Shown: piece after piece, positions 25,657-35,309 of the stretch
Layout: each line of letters opens with the position of its first letter
Numbering within the stretch: the stretch's first letter is position 1
From: a virus
UHGV virus genome: UHGV-1512937
Strand: one strand, 5' to 3'
DNA length: 36,416 bases
Notes under the pieces: generated by a model
The model's database searches: none
Told to the model about the DNA's origin: nothing
Seen by the model: the letters and a program-made list of their open reading frames with translations, nothing else
Position numbers and translations under genes: made by a program

Positions 25657-28122
25657 GTGGCCAGTGAATTTTCAGTCGGCGTCATTATTGGCGGCATTGT
25701 CGGGAGCAGCTTCCGCTCAGCCGTCAGTGGCACCCGACGCGCCCTTGATTCCCTTGGTGATACCTCCCGCCGTCTGCAGGAACGCCAGAATGCCTTAACC
25801 CGGGCAACAGAACGTTATGGTCAACTGGGTTCTTCCCGGATGCAGCATCTCAACAGCGAGTTGCTGCGGGTAAGCCGCACCATGGAGCAAATTGAACGTC
25901 AGCAGCGCCGTCTGTCAGCAGTATCAGCCACCGGTGATGCGTTGAAGGCTAACCGCCTGGCGCTCTATGGTCAGGGTGCAGAAACCTATGCTATTGGCAG
26001 AACGCTGGGCGCACCGGTCATGGCCTCGGTTAAACAATATGCCTCGTTTGAATCACAGTTGCGGGATATCAGTGTCACAGGAGACCTGGATGCAAAACAG
26101 GAACGTGCAATTGGCCTGGCTATCAGACAGGCCTCGCTGAAGGTTAACCAACTGCAGGAGTCTCTGTTAGGGGGAGTCGGACAATTAGTTGCTGATGGTA
26201 TGGCCCCCGAACGGGCAGCAACGTTTGCAGAGATGCTTGGAAAGACCGCTACAGCAACCAAAGCCGATATGACCGACCTTGCCAAAATGACTTATGCCTT
26301 CAGCGATGCACTCAGAATCACTGATGCGAAAGAACTTGAACAGGCGTTTGGCATTGCGGCAACAGGAGCCAAACTTGGGTCATTTGAGCTGAAGGATATG
26401 GCAAAAGCATTACCCGGTATGGCGAAAGCCTTCGCTGCTCGTGGTATTTATGGAAAAGATGCGATTACCCAGATTGTTGCCAGTCTGGAGGTCGGTAAAG
26501 GTAGTGGCTCTGCAGAGGAAGCGGTCACCAATATGTCCAACTGGCTGGCAGCAATGGGCCGCGGAGATACCATCCAGAAATATGCTAAAGCCGGGGTGGA
26601 TTACCAGGGGTCAATGCAGAATTACGTCGCTCAGGGTTTTTCGCAGTACGAAGCTTCACTGATGATTGCCAACCGTTTTATCGACAGTAAAGGCAAAGCG
26701 TTTTTGCAGCAATGGAAAGCTGCAGGAGCAAGAGGCGATCAGGAAGGTCAGCAGAAACTCATGGAGTCATTTGGTCTGGCTGAGGTCTTTACCGATATTC
26801 AGACTGTCAACCATTTACTGTCAATGCGACAGGGCTGGGATAAATACCTTTCCAGTAAGCAGGAAATGAATGCTCCGGCTGCAATGTCTACCCTGGATAA
26901 GGATGCTGCAAAGCAGAATGATACGCTTGAAGGTCGCTGGCGCAGAATGCAGATCGGCTTTAATGATTCTGCTATCAGCATCGGGCAATCCTTGCGTCCG
27001 GCTTTGCTCCAGTTGGGTGAAACATTTATTCCTTTAATGGACAGCGTCGGCAAATGGATAGCGGCAAATCCGCAGCTCGTCAGCAGCACCATAAAGGTTG
27101 TGGGCGCATTACTCGCTTTCAGGATGGCCACTATCGGTCTCAAGTTTGGGCTGAATCTCCTTATTTCCCCCTTTGTAAGCGTCTGGAAAAATGCTGTTTT
27201 ACTTCGGGCCAACTGGCTTCGTCTGATGCTCGCACTGGGGGAAGGCGGTAAACTCCGCTGGCTGGTGACAGGCTTTGGTGCCGTCGCCAGAGGAACCAGA
27301 ACACTGGGGGGTGTGCTCTCAGGGGGGCTGGTTCGCGGAATTATGAGCGCCGGGCGTGCCGTTCTCTGGATTGGCCGGGCGCTGCTGATGAATCCCATCG
27401 GTCTCGTTATCACCGCCGTCGCGGCAGCAGCTTACCTTATCTACCGCAACTGGGGCGCTGTCAGTAGCTGGTTTAAACAGCGCTGGGCTGACATTCAGGA
27501 AGCCTTTAACGGCGGCATCGCGGGAATTGGTAAACTGCTGGTTAACTGGTCTCCGGCAGGTCTGCTTTATAAAGCCTTTGCGGCTGCGCTGAAATATCTC
27601 GGCGTTGATTTGCCGGCGAAATTCACCGACTTCGGTGGTCATCTTATTGACGGGCTGATAAATGGCATCAGAAACAAATGGGCGTCACTGAAAACCAGCA
27701 TAACCGGAATGGGTGACAGCATCAGTGACTGGTTCAGCGAAAAGCTGGGCATCCATTCACCGAGTCGCGTGTTTATAGGCTTTGGTGACAATATCGCGCA
27801 GGGTGCCGCCATTGGCCTGCAACGGACCACTCCGCTTGCTGCACTGGCCGGGCAGCGCCTGGCCGCTGAAATGACACCGGATGTTCCCCGTATCCCGTCG
27901 CCGGAAATCATGGCTGCCGGATATTCAGGCCGTGGCGCAACTGCAACCGGCGGTGGAGCGTCTGGCGGTATCCAGGTCAGCTTTAATCCTCAGTTTTTCC
28001 TCAATGGTAAGGAAACCGCAGCGCCTGCCGGGCTGGCTGGTGCCCTGAATATGAGCCTGCATGAGCTGGAAAAAATGCTGGAGCGTCTGCTGGCTCAGAA
28101 ACAACGTAAGGAGTACAGCTGA
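25657..28122 (+). CDS. tail tape measure protein
   Basis: 821 aa (GTG start); long helical N-terminal part, hydrophobic Gly-rich central segment, position after the chaperone pair. Confidence 0.8.
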   Translation: MASEFSVGVIIGGIVGSSFRSAVSGTRRALDSLGDTSRRLQERQNALTRATERYGQLGSSRMQHLNSELLRVSRTMEQIERQQRRLSAVSATGDALKANRLALYGQGAETYAIGRTLGAPVMASVKQYASFESQLRDISVTGDLDAKQERAIGLAIRQASLKVNQLQESLLGGVGQLVADGMAPERAATFAEMLGKTATATKADMTDLAKMTYAFSDALRITDAKELEQAFGIAATGAKLGSFELKDMAKALPGMAKAFAARGIYGKDAITQIVASLEVGKGSGSAEEAVTNMSNWLAAMGRGDTIQKYAKAGVDYQGSMQNYVAQGFSQYEASLMIANRFIDSKGKAFLQQWKAAGARGDQEGQQKLMESFGLAEVFTDIQTVNHLLSMRQGWDKYLSSKQEMNAPAAMSTLDKDAAKQNDTLEGRWRRMQIGFNDSAISIGQSLRPALLQLGETFIPLMDSVGKWIAANPQLVSSTIKVVGALLAFRMATIGLKFGLNLLISPFVSVWKNAVLLRANWLRLMLALGEGGKLRWLVTGFGAVARGTRTLGGVLSGGLVRGIMSAGRAVLWIGRALLMNPIGLVITAVAAAAYLIYRNWGAVSSWFKQRWADIQEAFNGGIAGIGKLLVNWSPAGLLYKAFAAALKYLGVDLPAKFTDFGGHLIDGLINGIRNKWASLKTSITGMGDSISDWFSEKLGIHSPSRVFIGFGDNIAQGAAIGLQRTTPLAALAGQRLAAEMTPDVPRIPSPEIMAAGYSGRGATATGGGASGGIQVSFNPQFFLNGKETAAPAGLAGALNMSLHELEKMLERLLAQKQRKEYS

Positions 28123-29006
28123 TGTTTGCCGTACTGGGTGATATTGAGTTTGAACTGATTACCTACTGGGACGGCTTCGAGGCCACGTTTGGCGTCGATT
28201 ATGCGGAGCATGCCCGCATCGAGGGTAAACCCGGCCTGCAGTTCGTCGGCGACAGGCTGGACGAAATCCAGATAAGCCTGGTCTTCCATCAGCATTATTG
28301 TGTGCCCGACGTGGAGCTGGCGAGAGTGCGAACAGCCATGAAGGCCCATCAGGCACTGGCGCTGGTCTTCGGCAACGGTGACTATCGCGGCTGGTTCGTG
28401 ATTACCGATGTGACCGCAACCAGCGAGCAGACAGACAGCACCGGTAACGTGCTGGCTGTCAGTGCCACCGTGTCTCTCCGGGAATACACCGGTGACCCGA
28501 AAAATCCTCTGCAACCGCCGGCAATACGCAGGCAGGTTCCCGGTGCCGGGGCCATATCTGGTGCTGTTCCATCGCCTTGCGGGGTGGCGCAGTTCGTCCG
28601 TAACGGCGTCAACTATGCGAAACAGGCGCAGTCTGTACTCCAGACCACCATCAGTGCCGTTCGGGTGGCGCAGAAAATGAAGGGTAACCCCGTTGTCGCG
28701 CTGACCCGTGTGCCGGGACTGATGAGCGGACTGGGTAATATATCCGGCGCTCTGGGGAAAAGTATTCCGGCGTTTAATGTACTCTCTGAATCCATGCCCG
28801 ATGCCATCAGTCTGGCCAGAACAGCCAGTGAGGCAGCCACGTATGTACAGCAGGCGCAGTCGGCGCTGAGTGGTGTGGACAAAAGAAATATTGCAGGTGC
28901 TCTGGATACCGTTTCCGGGCAGCTTAACGCCGCCGGCACAGCATTCAACCGCATGTCTCCGGGATTAAGTGCAATGGTCGCCAGAATACTGACGAGGAGT
29001 GTGTGA
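28122..29006 (+). CDS. tail protein with P2 gpU-like N-terminal domain and Ala/Ser-rich C-terminal extension
   Basis: Start overlaps the tape measure stop; the first ~130 aa (MFAVLGDIEFELITYW...) follow the gpU-family pattern as remembered. Confidence 0.5.
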   Translation: MFAVLGDIEFELITYWDGFEATFGVDYAEHARIEGKPGLQFVGDRLDEIQISLVFHQHYCVPDVELARVRTAMKAHQALALVFGNGDYRGWFVITDVTATSEQTDSTGNVLAVSATVSLREYTGDPKNPLQPPAIRRQVPGAGAISGAVPSPCGVAQFVRNGVNYAKQAQSVLQTTISAVRVAQKMKGNPVVALTRVPGLMSGLGNISGALGKSIPAFNVLSESMPDAISLARTASEAATYVQQAQSALSGVDKRNIAGALDTVSGQLNAAGTAFNRMSPGLSAMVARILTRSV

Positions 29007-29218
29007 TGTTTCTTGAACATATTACCCGTGACGGAGAGCGCTGGGATTCGCTGGCATGGCAGTACTACGGTGACCCGCTGGGCTATCCCCGGATTATTGC
29101 AGCCAATCCGCACGTGGCCATTACGCCAGTGCTGCCCTCCGGGTTGTTGTTACTGATCCCGGTTATTGAGGCTGAAGATGCCCGTACAGAAGAGGATATT
29201 GCCCCATGGCTGAGATAA
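29006..29218 (+). CDS. tail protein X-like (P2 gpX family)
   Basis: ~70 aa; GAGGAG RBS; WDSLAWQYYGDP motif typical of the Tail_X family. Confidence 0.6.
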   Translation: MFLEHITRDGERWDSLAWQYYGDPLGYPRIIAANPHVAITPVLPSGLLLLIPVIEAEDARTEEDIAPWLR

Positions 29219-30360
29219 ACAGTACTGCGCAAGCCACATCAGCGTTAACCGGCGTCAGCGATGTGCTGACGCCGGTATTCACTCTGTGGTATTTGCAGAA
29301 AAACATCACCTCTGATATCGCGCCTTATGTCACCCGTGTGGTCTGGAGCGATAACATCAAAAATGAGTCCGATACCATTGAGGTGGAGCTGGACGACACC
29401 GATGGCCGCTGGCTGGATAAGTGGTATCCGGGCAAGGGTGACACGCTGACGCTGAAAATGGGTTATCAGGGCGAGAAACTGCTGTCCTACGGTACATTCT
29501 CAATAGACGAGATCGAAGTGAGTTCGCCCGCGTCCGTTGTCGCTATCCGTGGGGTGGCCACCTCGGTTAACAGTGCTCTGCGGACTAAATCCAGCCGTGG
29601 TTTTGAGAACACCACGCTGGCAGCTGTTGCGGGTCGGATTGCCAGAAAGCACCGGCTGAAACTGGTGGGCAGCATTGAGTCCATCAGAATCGACCGGGTG
29701 ACCCAGTATGCTGAAACCGACGTGGGTTTTCTGCGCCGGCTGGCCAGCGAGTATGGTTATGCAGTGAAAGTGGTCAGTGACCAGTTGATTTTTTCTCATC
29801 TGGCCACATTGCGCAGTCAGGAGCCGGTCAGGCAGTTAAAACCGCAGGATGTGGCCCACTTTTCCCTGCGTGACACCATCAACCGGGTCTATAAATCTGC
29901 AAAGGTAAAACACCAGAAAAGCAGCAGTAAAAAACTGATCGTCTACGAAGCTGATGGTGGTACCCGTGAAAGCGACAAAAAGCTCAAAGGCGGTAAGGTT
30001 ACCAGCGCTGACTCACTTAAAGTTAACAGCCGCGTCAGCGACCCGGACAGTGCCCGGATTAAAGCGGATTCAGCACTGGCCAGACATAACGAATACCAGC
30101 AGAACGGCTCCCTGACGCTGACGGGAACGCCTCAACTGACAGCAGGCAACAAAATTGAACTGGTGGGCTTTGGACAATTATCCGGTCCATGGCTGATAAT
30201 CACTGCCCGCCATGCGTTTGAGCGTAACAGCGGCTACACCACAGAGCTGGAAGTGGCACGGGGGCCAGTCACAAGAGGGAAAAAACAAAAAACTCAGAAA
30301 CTCACGGTTTATCACCCGGATGGCAGTACATCGACGGTGATTAAGGAGAAGAAAAAATGA
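29206..30360 (+). CDS. baseplate hub / late control gene D-like protein (P2 gpD, Mu gp44 family)
   Basis: 384 aa; size and order after the tape measure and U/X genes. Confidence 0.75.
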   Translation: MAEINSTAQATSALTGVSDVLTPVFTLWYLQKNITSDIAPYVTRVVWSDNIKNESDTIEVELDDTDGRWLDKWYPGKGDTLTLKMGYQGEKLLSYGTFSIDEIEVSSPASVVAIRGVATSVNSALRTKSSRGFENTTLAAVAGRIARKHRLKLVGSIESIRIDRVTQYAETDVGFLRRLASEYGYAVKVVSDQLIFSHLATLRSQEPVRQLKPQDVAHFSLRDTINRVYKSAKVKHQKSSSKKLIVYEADGGTRESDKKLKGGKVTSADSLKVNSRVSDPDSARIKADSALARHNEYQQNGSLTLTGTPQLTAGNKIELVGFGQLSGPWLIITARHAFERNSGYTTELEVARGPVTRGKKQKTQKLTVYHPDGSTSTVIKEKKK

Positions 30361-30869
30361 CTGGTGTCACCCGCCAGGTCGGTACGGTCAGTGCCGTTGA
30401 TGCCGACAGGGTTCAGGCCCGCGTTCGTCTGCCTGAATGCGATAATCTGCGCACAAACTGGCTTAACGTGCTGCAGCGCAATACCCAGGATAACAAGGAT
30501 TACTGGCTCCCTGACGTGGGGGAGCAGGTTGAGGTGCTGCTCGATGCCAACGGCGAGGATGGTGTTATTCTGGGCGCGGTGTACTCAGACGTCGATAAAC
30601 CGCCGTTCGGTGATAAAAACGTCCGGGGCACGAAGTACGCTGATGGCGCGGAGTTCAGTTATGACCGCGCGACCCATACGCTGACGGTCAAAGGAGGTAT
30701 CGAGCATGTGGTGATCGAGGTTGCAGTGGGTATTAGTCTGAAAGGGAAAACCATTGATTTGACAGCTGACACTATCATGGTGAACGGCAATCTTGAAATC
30801 AAAGGGAGTACCCATGCGACTGGTAACATATTTGCAGATGGACAGAATTCCAATCATCACTCTCACTAA
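30357..30869 (+). CDS. baseplate spike protein (gpV-like)
   Basis: 170 aa; ATGA-coupled to the gpD-like gene; size and position. Confidence 0.7.
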   Translation: MTGVTRQVGTVSAVDADRVQARVRLPECDNLRTNWLNVLQRNTQDNKDYWLPDVGEQVEVLLDANGEDGVILGAVYSDVDKPPFGDKNVRGTKYADGAEFSYDRATHTLTVKGGIEHVVIEVAVGISLKGKTIDLTADTIMVNGNLEIKGSTHATGNIFADGQNSNHHSH

Positions 30870-30882
30870 TTTTTCAAGTATG

Positions 30883-30917
30883 TGACTCCATTTCCTCTCC
30901 CGCGGATATGATAGAAT
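30883..30917 (+). promoter_or_regulatory. candidate sigma70-type promoter for the inserted gene (TGACTC, 18-nt spacer, TATGAT)
   Basis: Hexamers read from the AT-rich 81-bp gap between the gpV-like gene and the inserted gene; GGGGA RBS 6 nt before the ATG at 30951. Confidence 0.25.
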
Positions 30918-30950
30918 TTTTTAATTAACACTAATTTGGCGGGGACTTAA

Positions 30951-31826
30951 ATGCGGTTATCAAGATCCTTATGTAAAGTAGTTGGCGATGTCATTGCTAA
31001 CTCAGGCTCTCATGCAGCTTTAGATACGTTATTTCTTACTTCGGGAGCACCAGGAAACCCTCCGGCAGGATCTCATAGTACAAAATGGAAAGACTGGTTA
31101 TTTCTTGCAGGGCAAGATCCAGATACAGATAGTCTGGCAGTTCTGGGCGGAGTAATTGAGGAGTTTATGGATTTACCTCCAAAAGAAGGTACTCCCGAAT
31201 ATGCAGAATGGAAGGAAAAACGAGACAGAATTGAAGCTGTGTTACAAGAGAATGGACTTAGATATTATCGTTTTGGTCGAGTGTTGCCTGAAGGCCACAT
31301 CCCGTCACACAATATGGATTACCCAGAGACCATAATTACTTATCAACAGCCAGTAATGCCAGAAAAAGTTGAGAACTTACTGGAAAGGCTGGTCAAAGGC
31401 TTACAGCGAGCAATGCATCCACTTACTCATAGGCGAAAAGGAAGCCAGTCATTATCTTTTAGCAATGAATATGACGTGCAAGACCTTCTCCATGCATTGC
31501 TCAGACCATGGGTTCAGGACATCCGCCCAGAAGAGTTTACTCCAAGTTACGCTGGTTCAAGTACTCGAATGGATTTTTTGTTACCTGCGCATAAATTAGT
31601 ACTGGAAACCAAAATTGTTCGTGATCGTTCTCATGCAAAGAAAATCGGCGATGAACTTATTATCGATATAGAGCATTATCGTCGGCACTCTGATTGCAAA
31701 AATCTCTGGTGTGTCATCTACGATCCGAACCAGCTTATTACTAATTCTGAGGGGCTGAAATCTGATCTTGAGGGGAAGAGAGTCTCTAAAGACGGAGAAC
31801 TTATCGTCAAGGTTTTCGTAATTTAA
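30951..31826 (+). CDS. AT-rich inserted gene; protein with C-terminal PD-(D/E)xK-like motif (putative nuclease, candidate defence/abortive-infection gene)
   Basis: 291 aa; much lower GC by eye than flanking baseplate genes; C-terminal EYDVQDLLHALL ... RMDFLLPAHKLVLETKIV matches the E ... D ... ExK layout of restriction-endonuclease-fold nucleases. Confidence 0.55.
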   Translation: MRLSRSLCKVVGDVIANSGSHAALDTLFLTSGAPGNPPAGSHSTKWKDWLFLAGQDPDTDSLAVLGGVIEEFMDLPPKEGTPEYAEWKEKRDRIEAVLQENGLRYYRFGRVLPEGHIPSHNMDYPETIITYQQPVMPEKVENLLERLVKGLQRAMHPLTHRRKGSQSLSFSNEYDVQDLLHALLRPWVQDIRPEEFTPSYAGSSTRMDFLLPAHKLVLETKIVRDRSHAKKIGDELIIDIEHYRRHSDCKNLWCVIYDPNQLITNSEGLKSDLEGKRVSKDGELIVKVFVI

Positions 31827-31897
31827 CAAACGTATCAATAACTCCTTTTTAAATCCCTTTAATATCGTTCTTTTCTTACTGGGGCAATACTGCCCCC

Positions 31898-32245
31898 ATG
31901 AAAACGACCTCAGTATTCTGGCAACCGGCTCTGCAGGCTCCCGGCGAAATCGTCCGGGGGCTGGATGATATCCAGCAGTCCATCCAGATCATCCTGCGGA
32001 CTCCCCGCGGCAGCGACCCGCATCGCCCAGAGTTCGGCAGCAATCTGCACCTTTATATCGACTGGCCTGTCGACCGGGCCATTCCGCATGTGGTTCGCGA
32101 ATCCGTCGATGCCATCAGGCGCTGGGAACCCCGCTGCCAGCTTATGTCGGTTAAACCCGCCGTCGACGGCGAACATCTTACGCTCCGGGTGAGCTGGAAA
32201 GGCTCAGACGGACAACCCCGTACTCAGGAACTGCTATGGCGCTGA
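31898..32245 (+). CDS. baseplate wedge protein (gpW / gp25-like)
   Basis: 115 aa; size and position before the gpJ-like gene; ATG sits in a GGGGCA-ATAC-TGCCCC hairpin and has no obvious Shine-Dalgarno. Confidence 0.65.
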   Translation: MKTTSVFWQPALQAPGEIVRGLDDIQQSIQIILRTPRGSDPHRPEFGSNLHLYIDWPVDRAIPHVVRESVDAIRRWEPRCQLMSVKPAVDGEHLTLRVSWKGSDGQPRTQELLWR

Positions 32246-33339
32246 CAGAACCCGATTTTATTGAACTCGATGCCGATAAAATCACGGCAGAAATGATTGC
32301 GAAATATGAAGCGGATACCGGCAAAACGTTGTACCCGGCACAGGCAGAACGTCTGCTGATAGATCTGTGGGCCTATCGCGAAATGCTGGTCAGGGTGGCG
32401 GTACAGGAGGCGGCGAAGCTGAATCTGGTCGCCTTTTCCCGGGAGCCGATGATTGATTACCTCGGAGAACTGGTTGGTGTATACCGCCTTCCCGCGCAGC
32501 CTGCCACCACCACACTTCAGTTCTCTGTGGATGAGGCACTGGCCATTGATGTGCTGATCCCGGCAGGCACCCGCGTCAGCGCTTCCGACAGCGTGATTTT
32601 TGCCACCGATACAGATGTAGTGCTGAAGGCCGGTTTGCAACTGGTCAATGCCCCTGCCACCTGTACTGAGCCGGGTACCTCTGGCAACGGCTGGCAACCG
32701 GCTCAGGTCAGTCAGCTGCTTGATGAGATTGATAACGTTGACCTGCTGGTGACCAATCTGACGGCCAGCACTGGCGGTTCAGAGCAGGAAGACAATGACC
32801 GACTCCGGGAGCGTATCAGGCTGGCCCCGGAGTCATTCACCAATGCCGGAAGCCGTGGTGCATACCGTTTTCATGCCATGGGGGCGCATCCCAGTATTGT
32901 CGACGTCGCTGTTCTTTCTCCCGTTCCCGGTACTGTCGAGCTGTATCCACTGCTCAGCACTGGTCTGCCAGACAGCAGTATCCTCACTCTGGTAGAGAGT
33001 TTCTGTTCTGACGAAAAAGTCAGACCACTCACTGATACCGTGCGGGCTAAAACACCTGTTCAGGTGGATTACACCATTGAAGCCAGGATTACGATCTATC
33101 GTGATCAGGATGCAATGTCGGTAAAGGACAACGCTAACAGCGCCATACAGAACTGGGTGGCATCACGTGCCGCCACGCTGGGACGCGATATTGTCCCCAG
33201 CCAGATTATCAGTGCATTGTCCGTTTCCGGGGTGTACCAGGTTGAACTGGTGACACCGGCACTGCGGGTGGTTGCAGAAAACGAATGGGCAAACTGTACG
33301 GCAATCACTCTTAACGTGACAGGGGTGTCCGATGGCTGA
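32236..33339 (+). CDS. baseplate protein J-like
   Basis: 367 aa; overlaps gpW-like end; order W-J-I-fibre. Confidence 0.75.
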   Translation: MALTEPDFIELDADKITAEMIAKYEADTGKTLYPAQAERLLIDLWAYREMLVRVAVQEAAKLNLVAFSREPMIDYLGELVGVYRLPAQPATTTLQFSVDEALAIDVLIPAGTRVSASDSVIFATDTDVVLKAGLQLVNAPATCTEPGTSGNGWQPAQVSQLLDEIDNVDLLVTNLTASTGGSEQEDNDRLRERIRLAPESFTNAGSRGAYRFHAMGAHPSIVDVAVLSPVPGTVELYPLLSTGLPDSSILTLVESFCSDEKVRPLTDTVRAKTPVQVDYTIEARITIYRDQDAMSVKDNANSAIQNWVASRAATLGRDIVPSQIISALSVSGVYQVELVTPALRVVAENEWANCTAITLNVTGVSDG

Positions 33340-33910
33340 GGCGCTACGACTACCGCCACCGCTTGAGGGTGATATCAGTCTCAAAACGCTGGGAAGACTG
33401 GCCGAACGGCTGGATAACATCGACCTGAGCGTACTGATGGTCTGTCTCGTCGATATCGTCGACAGTTCCGCGCTGCCATGGCTGGGCGAGCAGTTCTCGT
33501 TGTTCGGCGATGGCTGGGAACTGGCGGAATCGGACGATGTACGCCGCATGCTTATCAAATCCGCTATCGAGCTACACCGCTATAAAGGAACGCCGTGGTC
33601 AATCCGGGAAATTATCCGCCGTTTTGGCTTTGGCGAAGTAGAGCTGATAGAAGGTACGGGGCAGATCGGCTACGACGGTAAACACAGTTACAACGGACTT
33701 TTCGTCCATGGCGATGCACAAGCCTGGGCAGTCTATCGGGTCATCCTTCAACAGCCCATCACTAATGATCAGGCAGCGCTGTTACGTCAGACGCTCGCTG
33801 CCTTTGCTCCGGCTCGCTGCCATCTGGCAAGCCTGGAATATCAGTCTGTCGCCATTCGATACAACAGTACTACCCGTTATGACGGTAGTTACAACCACGG
33901 GAGCAGTTAA
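33332..33910 (+). CDS. tail protein I-like (baseplate / fibre attachment)
   Basis: 192 aa; overlaps the gpJ-like end; precedes the fibre gene. Confidence 0.65.
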   Translation: MAEALRLPPPLEGDISLKTLGRLAERLDNIDLSVLMVCLVDIVDSSALPWLGEQFSLFGDGWELAESDDVRRMLIKSAIELHRYKGTPWSIREIIRRFGFGEVELIEGTGQIGYDGKHSYNGLFVHGDAQAWAVYRVILQQPITNDQAALLRQTLAAFAPARCHLASLEYQSVAIRYNSTTRYDGSYNHGSS

Positions 33911-33912
33911 TT

Positions 33913-34866
33913 ATGGCAAATCTACCTGAAACCCCACAGTGGGAAGACGGCATCTACCAGATTGAGGTCTCTGACCCCGTTCTGGGCGGGCCTGACGGAA
34001 TTTCTAACCGTCAGGGTAAACAACTGGCCAGCCGCACGCTGTACCTGAAGCAACAGGTTGAAAAAGGCGGGGCTGACCTTGCGAAACACATCGCGGCAGC
34101 AGACCCGCATGCCCAGTATGCACCGAAAGCCAGTCCGGCATTCACCGGCACACCAACAGCACCTACACCTGCAAATGGCGATAACAGCAAAAAGCTGGCG
34201 ACGACGGAGTTTGTGGCCAAAGCACTTGCGGCGCTTGCAGGCAGCGCCCCTGAGACACTGGATACGCTTAAAGAGCTGGCTGACGCTCTCGGTAATGATC
34301 CAAACTTTGCGACTACGGTACTGAACAAGCTGGCGGAAAAGCTGGCTAAAGACCAGAACGGCGCAGATATTCCTGATCCTGCGCTGTTTGTCAAAAACCT
34401 TGGTTTGGGGGAAGGCTCTGCACTGCCCGTTGGTGTGCCCGTTCCGTGGCCCTCAGCAACACCGCCAACGGGCTGGCTGAAATGTAACGGCGCAGCATTT
34501 TCTTCTGAAATGTACCCCAGGCTGGCAAAGGCTTATCCGACCAATAAATTACCGGATTTACGGGGCGAATTTATCCGTGGCTGGGATGACGGACGAGGTA
34601 TTGATGCAGGACGAGAGATACTTTCATTTCAGGAAGGCACTATCGTCTCCGGTTTTGATGATAATGATACTGGGGATATCAGTTCACTCAGCTCAACACA
34701 ATACGGATTTGGTGACACTTTAACCTCTAATCAATGGGGGGCCATAAATGGCAAAAAGTGGATATTTGATGCATCCAGTAAAGGTGCCAAAAAATATGAC
34801 TGGTGGGCTTATGTATCAGCTCGTCCGCGTAATATTGCATTTAATTACATCGTAAGAGCGGCATAG
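33913..34866 (+). CDS. tail fibre protein with lambda Stf / P2 H-like C-terminal receptor-binding domain (cassette V1 fused to the constant part)
   Basis: 317 aa; TLDTLKELADALGNDPNFATT resembles the conserved fibre repeat of P2 H and lambda Stf; the C-terminal part (GEGSALPVGVPVPWPS ... LPDLRGEFIRGWDDGRG ... NIAFNYIVRAA) resembles the lambda Stf C-terminus and tail-collar domain. Confidence 0.85.
   Translation: MANLPETPQWEDGIYQIEVSDPVLGGPDGISNRQGKQLASRTLYLKQQVEKGGADLAKHIAAADPHAQYAPKASPAFTGTPTAPTPANGDNSKKLATTEFVAKALAALAGSAPETLDTLKELADALGNDPNFATTVLNKLAEKLAKDQNGADIPDPALFVKNLGLGEGSALPVGVPVPWPSATPPTGWLKCNGAAFSSEMYPRLAKAYPTNKLPDLRGEFIRGWDDGRGIDAGREILSFQEGTIVSGFDDNDTGDISSLSSTQYGFGDTLTSNQWGAINGKKWIFDASSKGAKKYDWWAYVSARPRNIAFNYIVRAA
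34388..34413. promoter_or_regulatory. Hin/Gin-family (serine invertase) crossover site inside the tail fibre ORF
   Basis: TTGTCAAAAACCTTGGTTTGGGGGAA matches the remembered hixL sequence (TTATCAAAAACCTTGGTTTTCAAGAA) at about 21 of 26 positions and Mu gixL similarly; it lies exactly where the fibre constant part meets the variable C-terminus. Confidence 0.6.
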
Positions 34867-34870
34867 AAAC

Positions 34871-35305
34871 GTTGGTTTGGGGGAAGGCTCTGCACTGCCC
34901 GTTGGTGTGCCTGTTCCGTGGCCCTCAGCCACACCGCCAACAGGCTGGCTGAAATGTAACGGTGCAGTATTTTCTGCTGGGAAGTACCCCAAACTGGCAC
35001 AGGCTTACCCCACCAATAAATTACCGGATTTACGGGGCGAATTTATTCGTGGCTGGGATGATGGACGTGGAGTGGACAATGGGCGAGCATTATTAAGCAG
35101 GCAGGAGGCTACAAATTTTTCTTATTACGGAGGTAATTTCGATATTGGGTCTGGTCATTCAATCAATAACTATGACCAAATCGTTGACAACCAACCTGGA
35201 TTCTCCCGTTTTTCATTTGCAGGTCCTTCGCGAGGCGATGGGGTTAATTTTGTGACCATTCGTCCTCGTAATATTGCGTTTAATTACATCGTAAGGGCAG
35301 CATGA
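34871..35305 (+). other. promoterless alternative tail-fibre C-terminal cassette V2
   Basis: Open frame beginning with the same ~200-bp conserved 5' module as V1 (GEGSALPVGVPVPWPS ... RGWDDGRG) and ending with the same conserved C-terminus (RPRNIAFNYIVRAA), with a divergent central region; no ATG start or RBS. Confidence 0.6.
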
Positions 35306-35309
35306 AAAC

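Noticed and set aside
25479-25667. -1-frame ORF as the frameshift target of the tail chaperone
   Set aside because: The frame is open and ends at the tape measure start, which is attractive, but its translation (basic, Ser-rich, no acidic helix) looks like out-of-frame sequence; the +1 frame is preferred, not proven.
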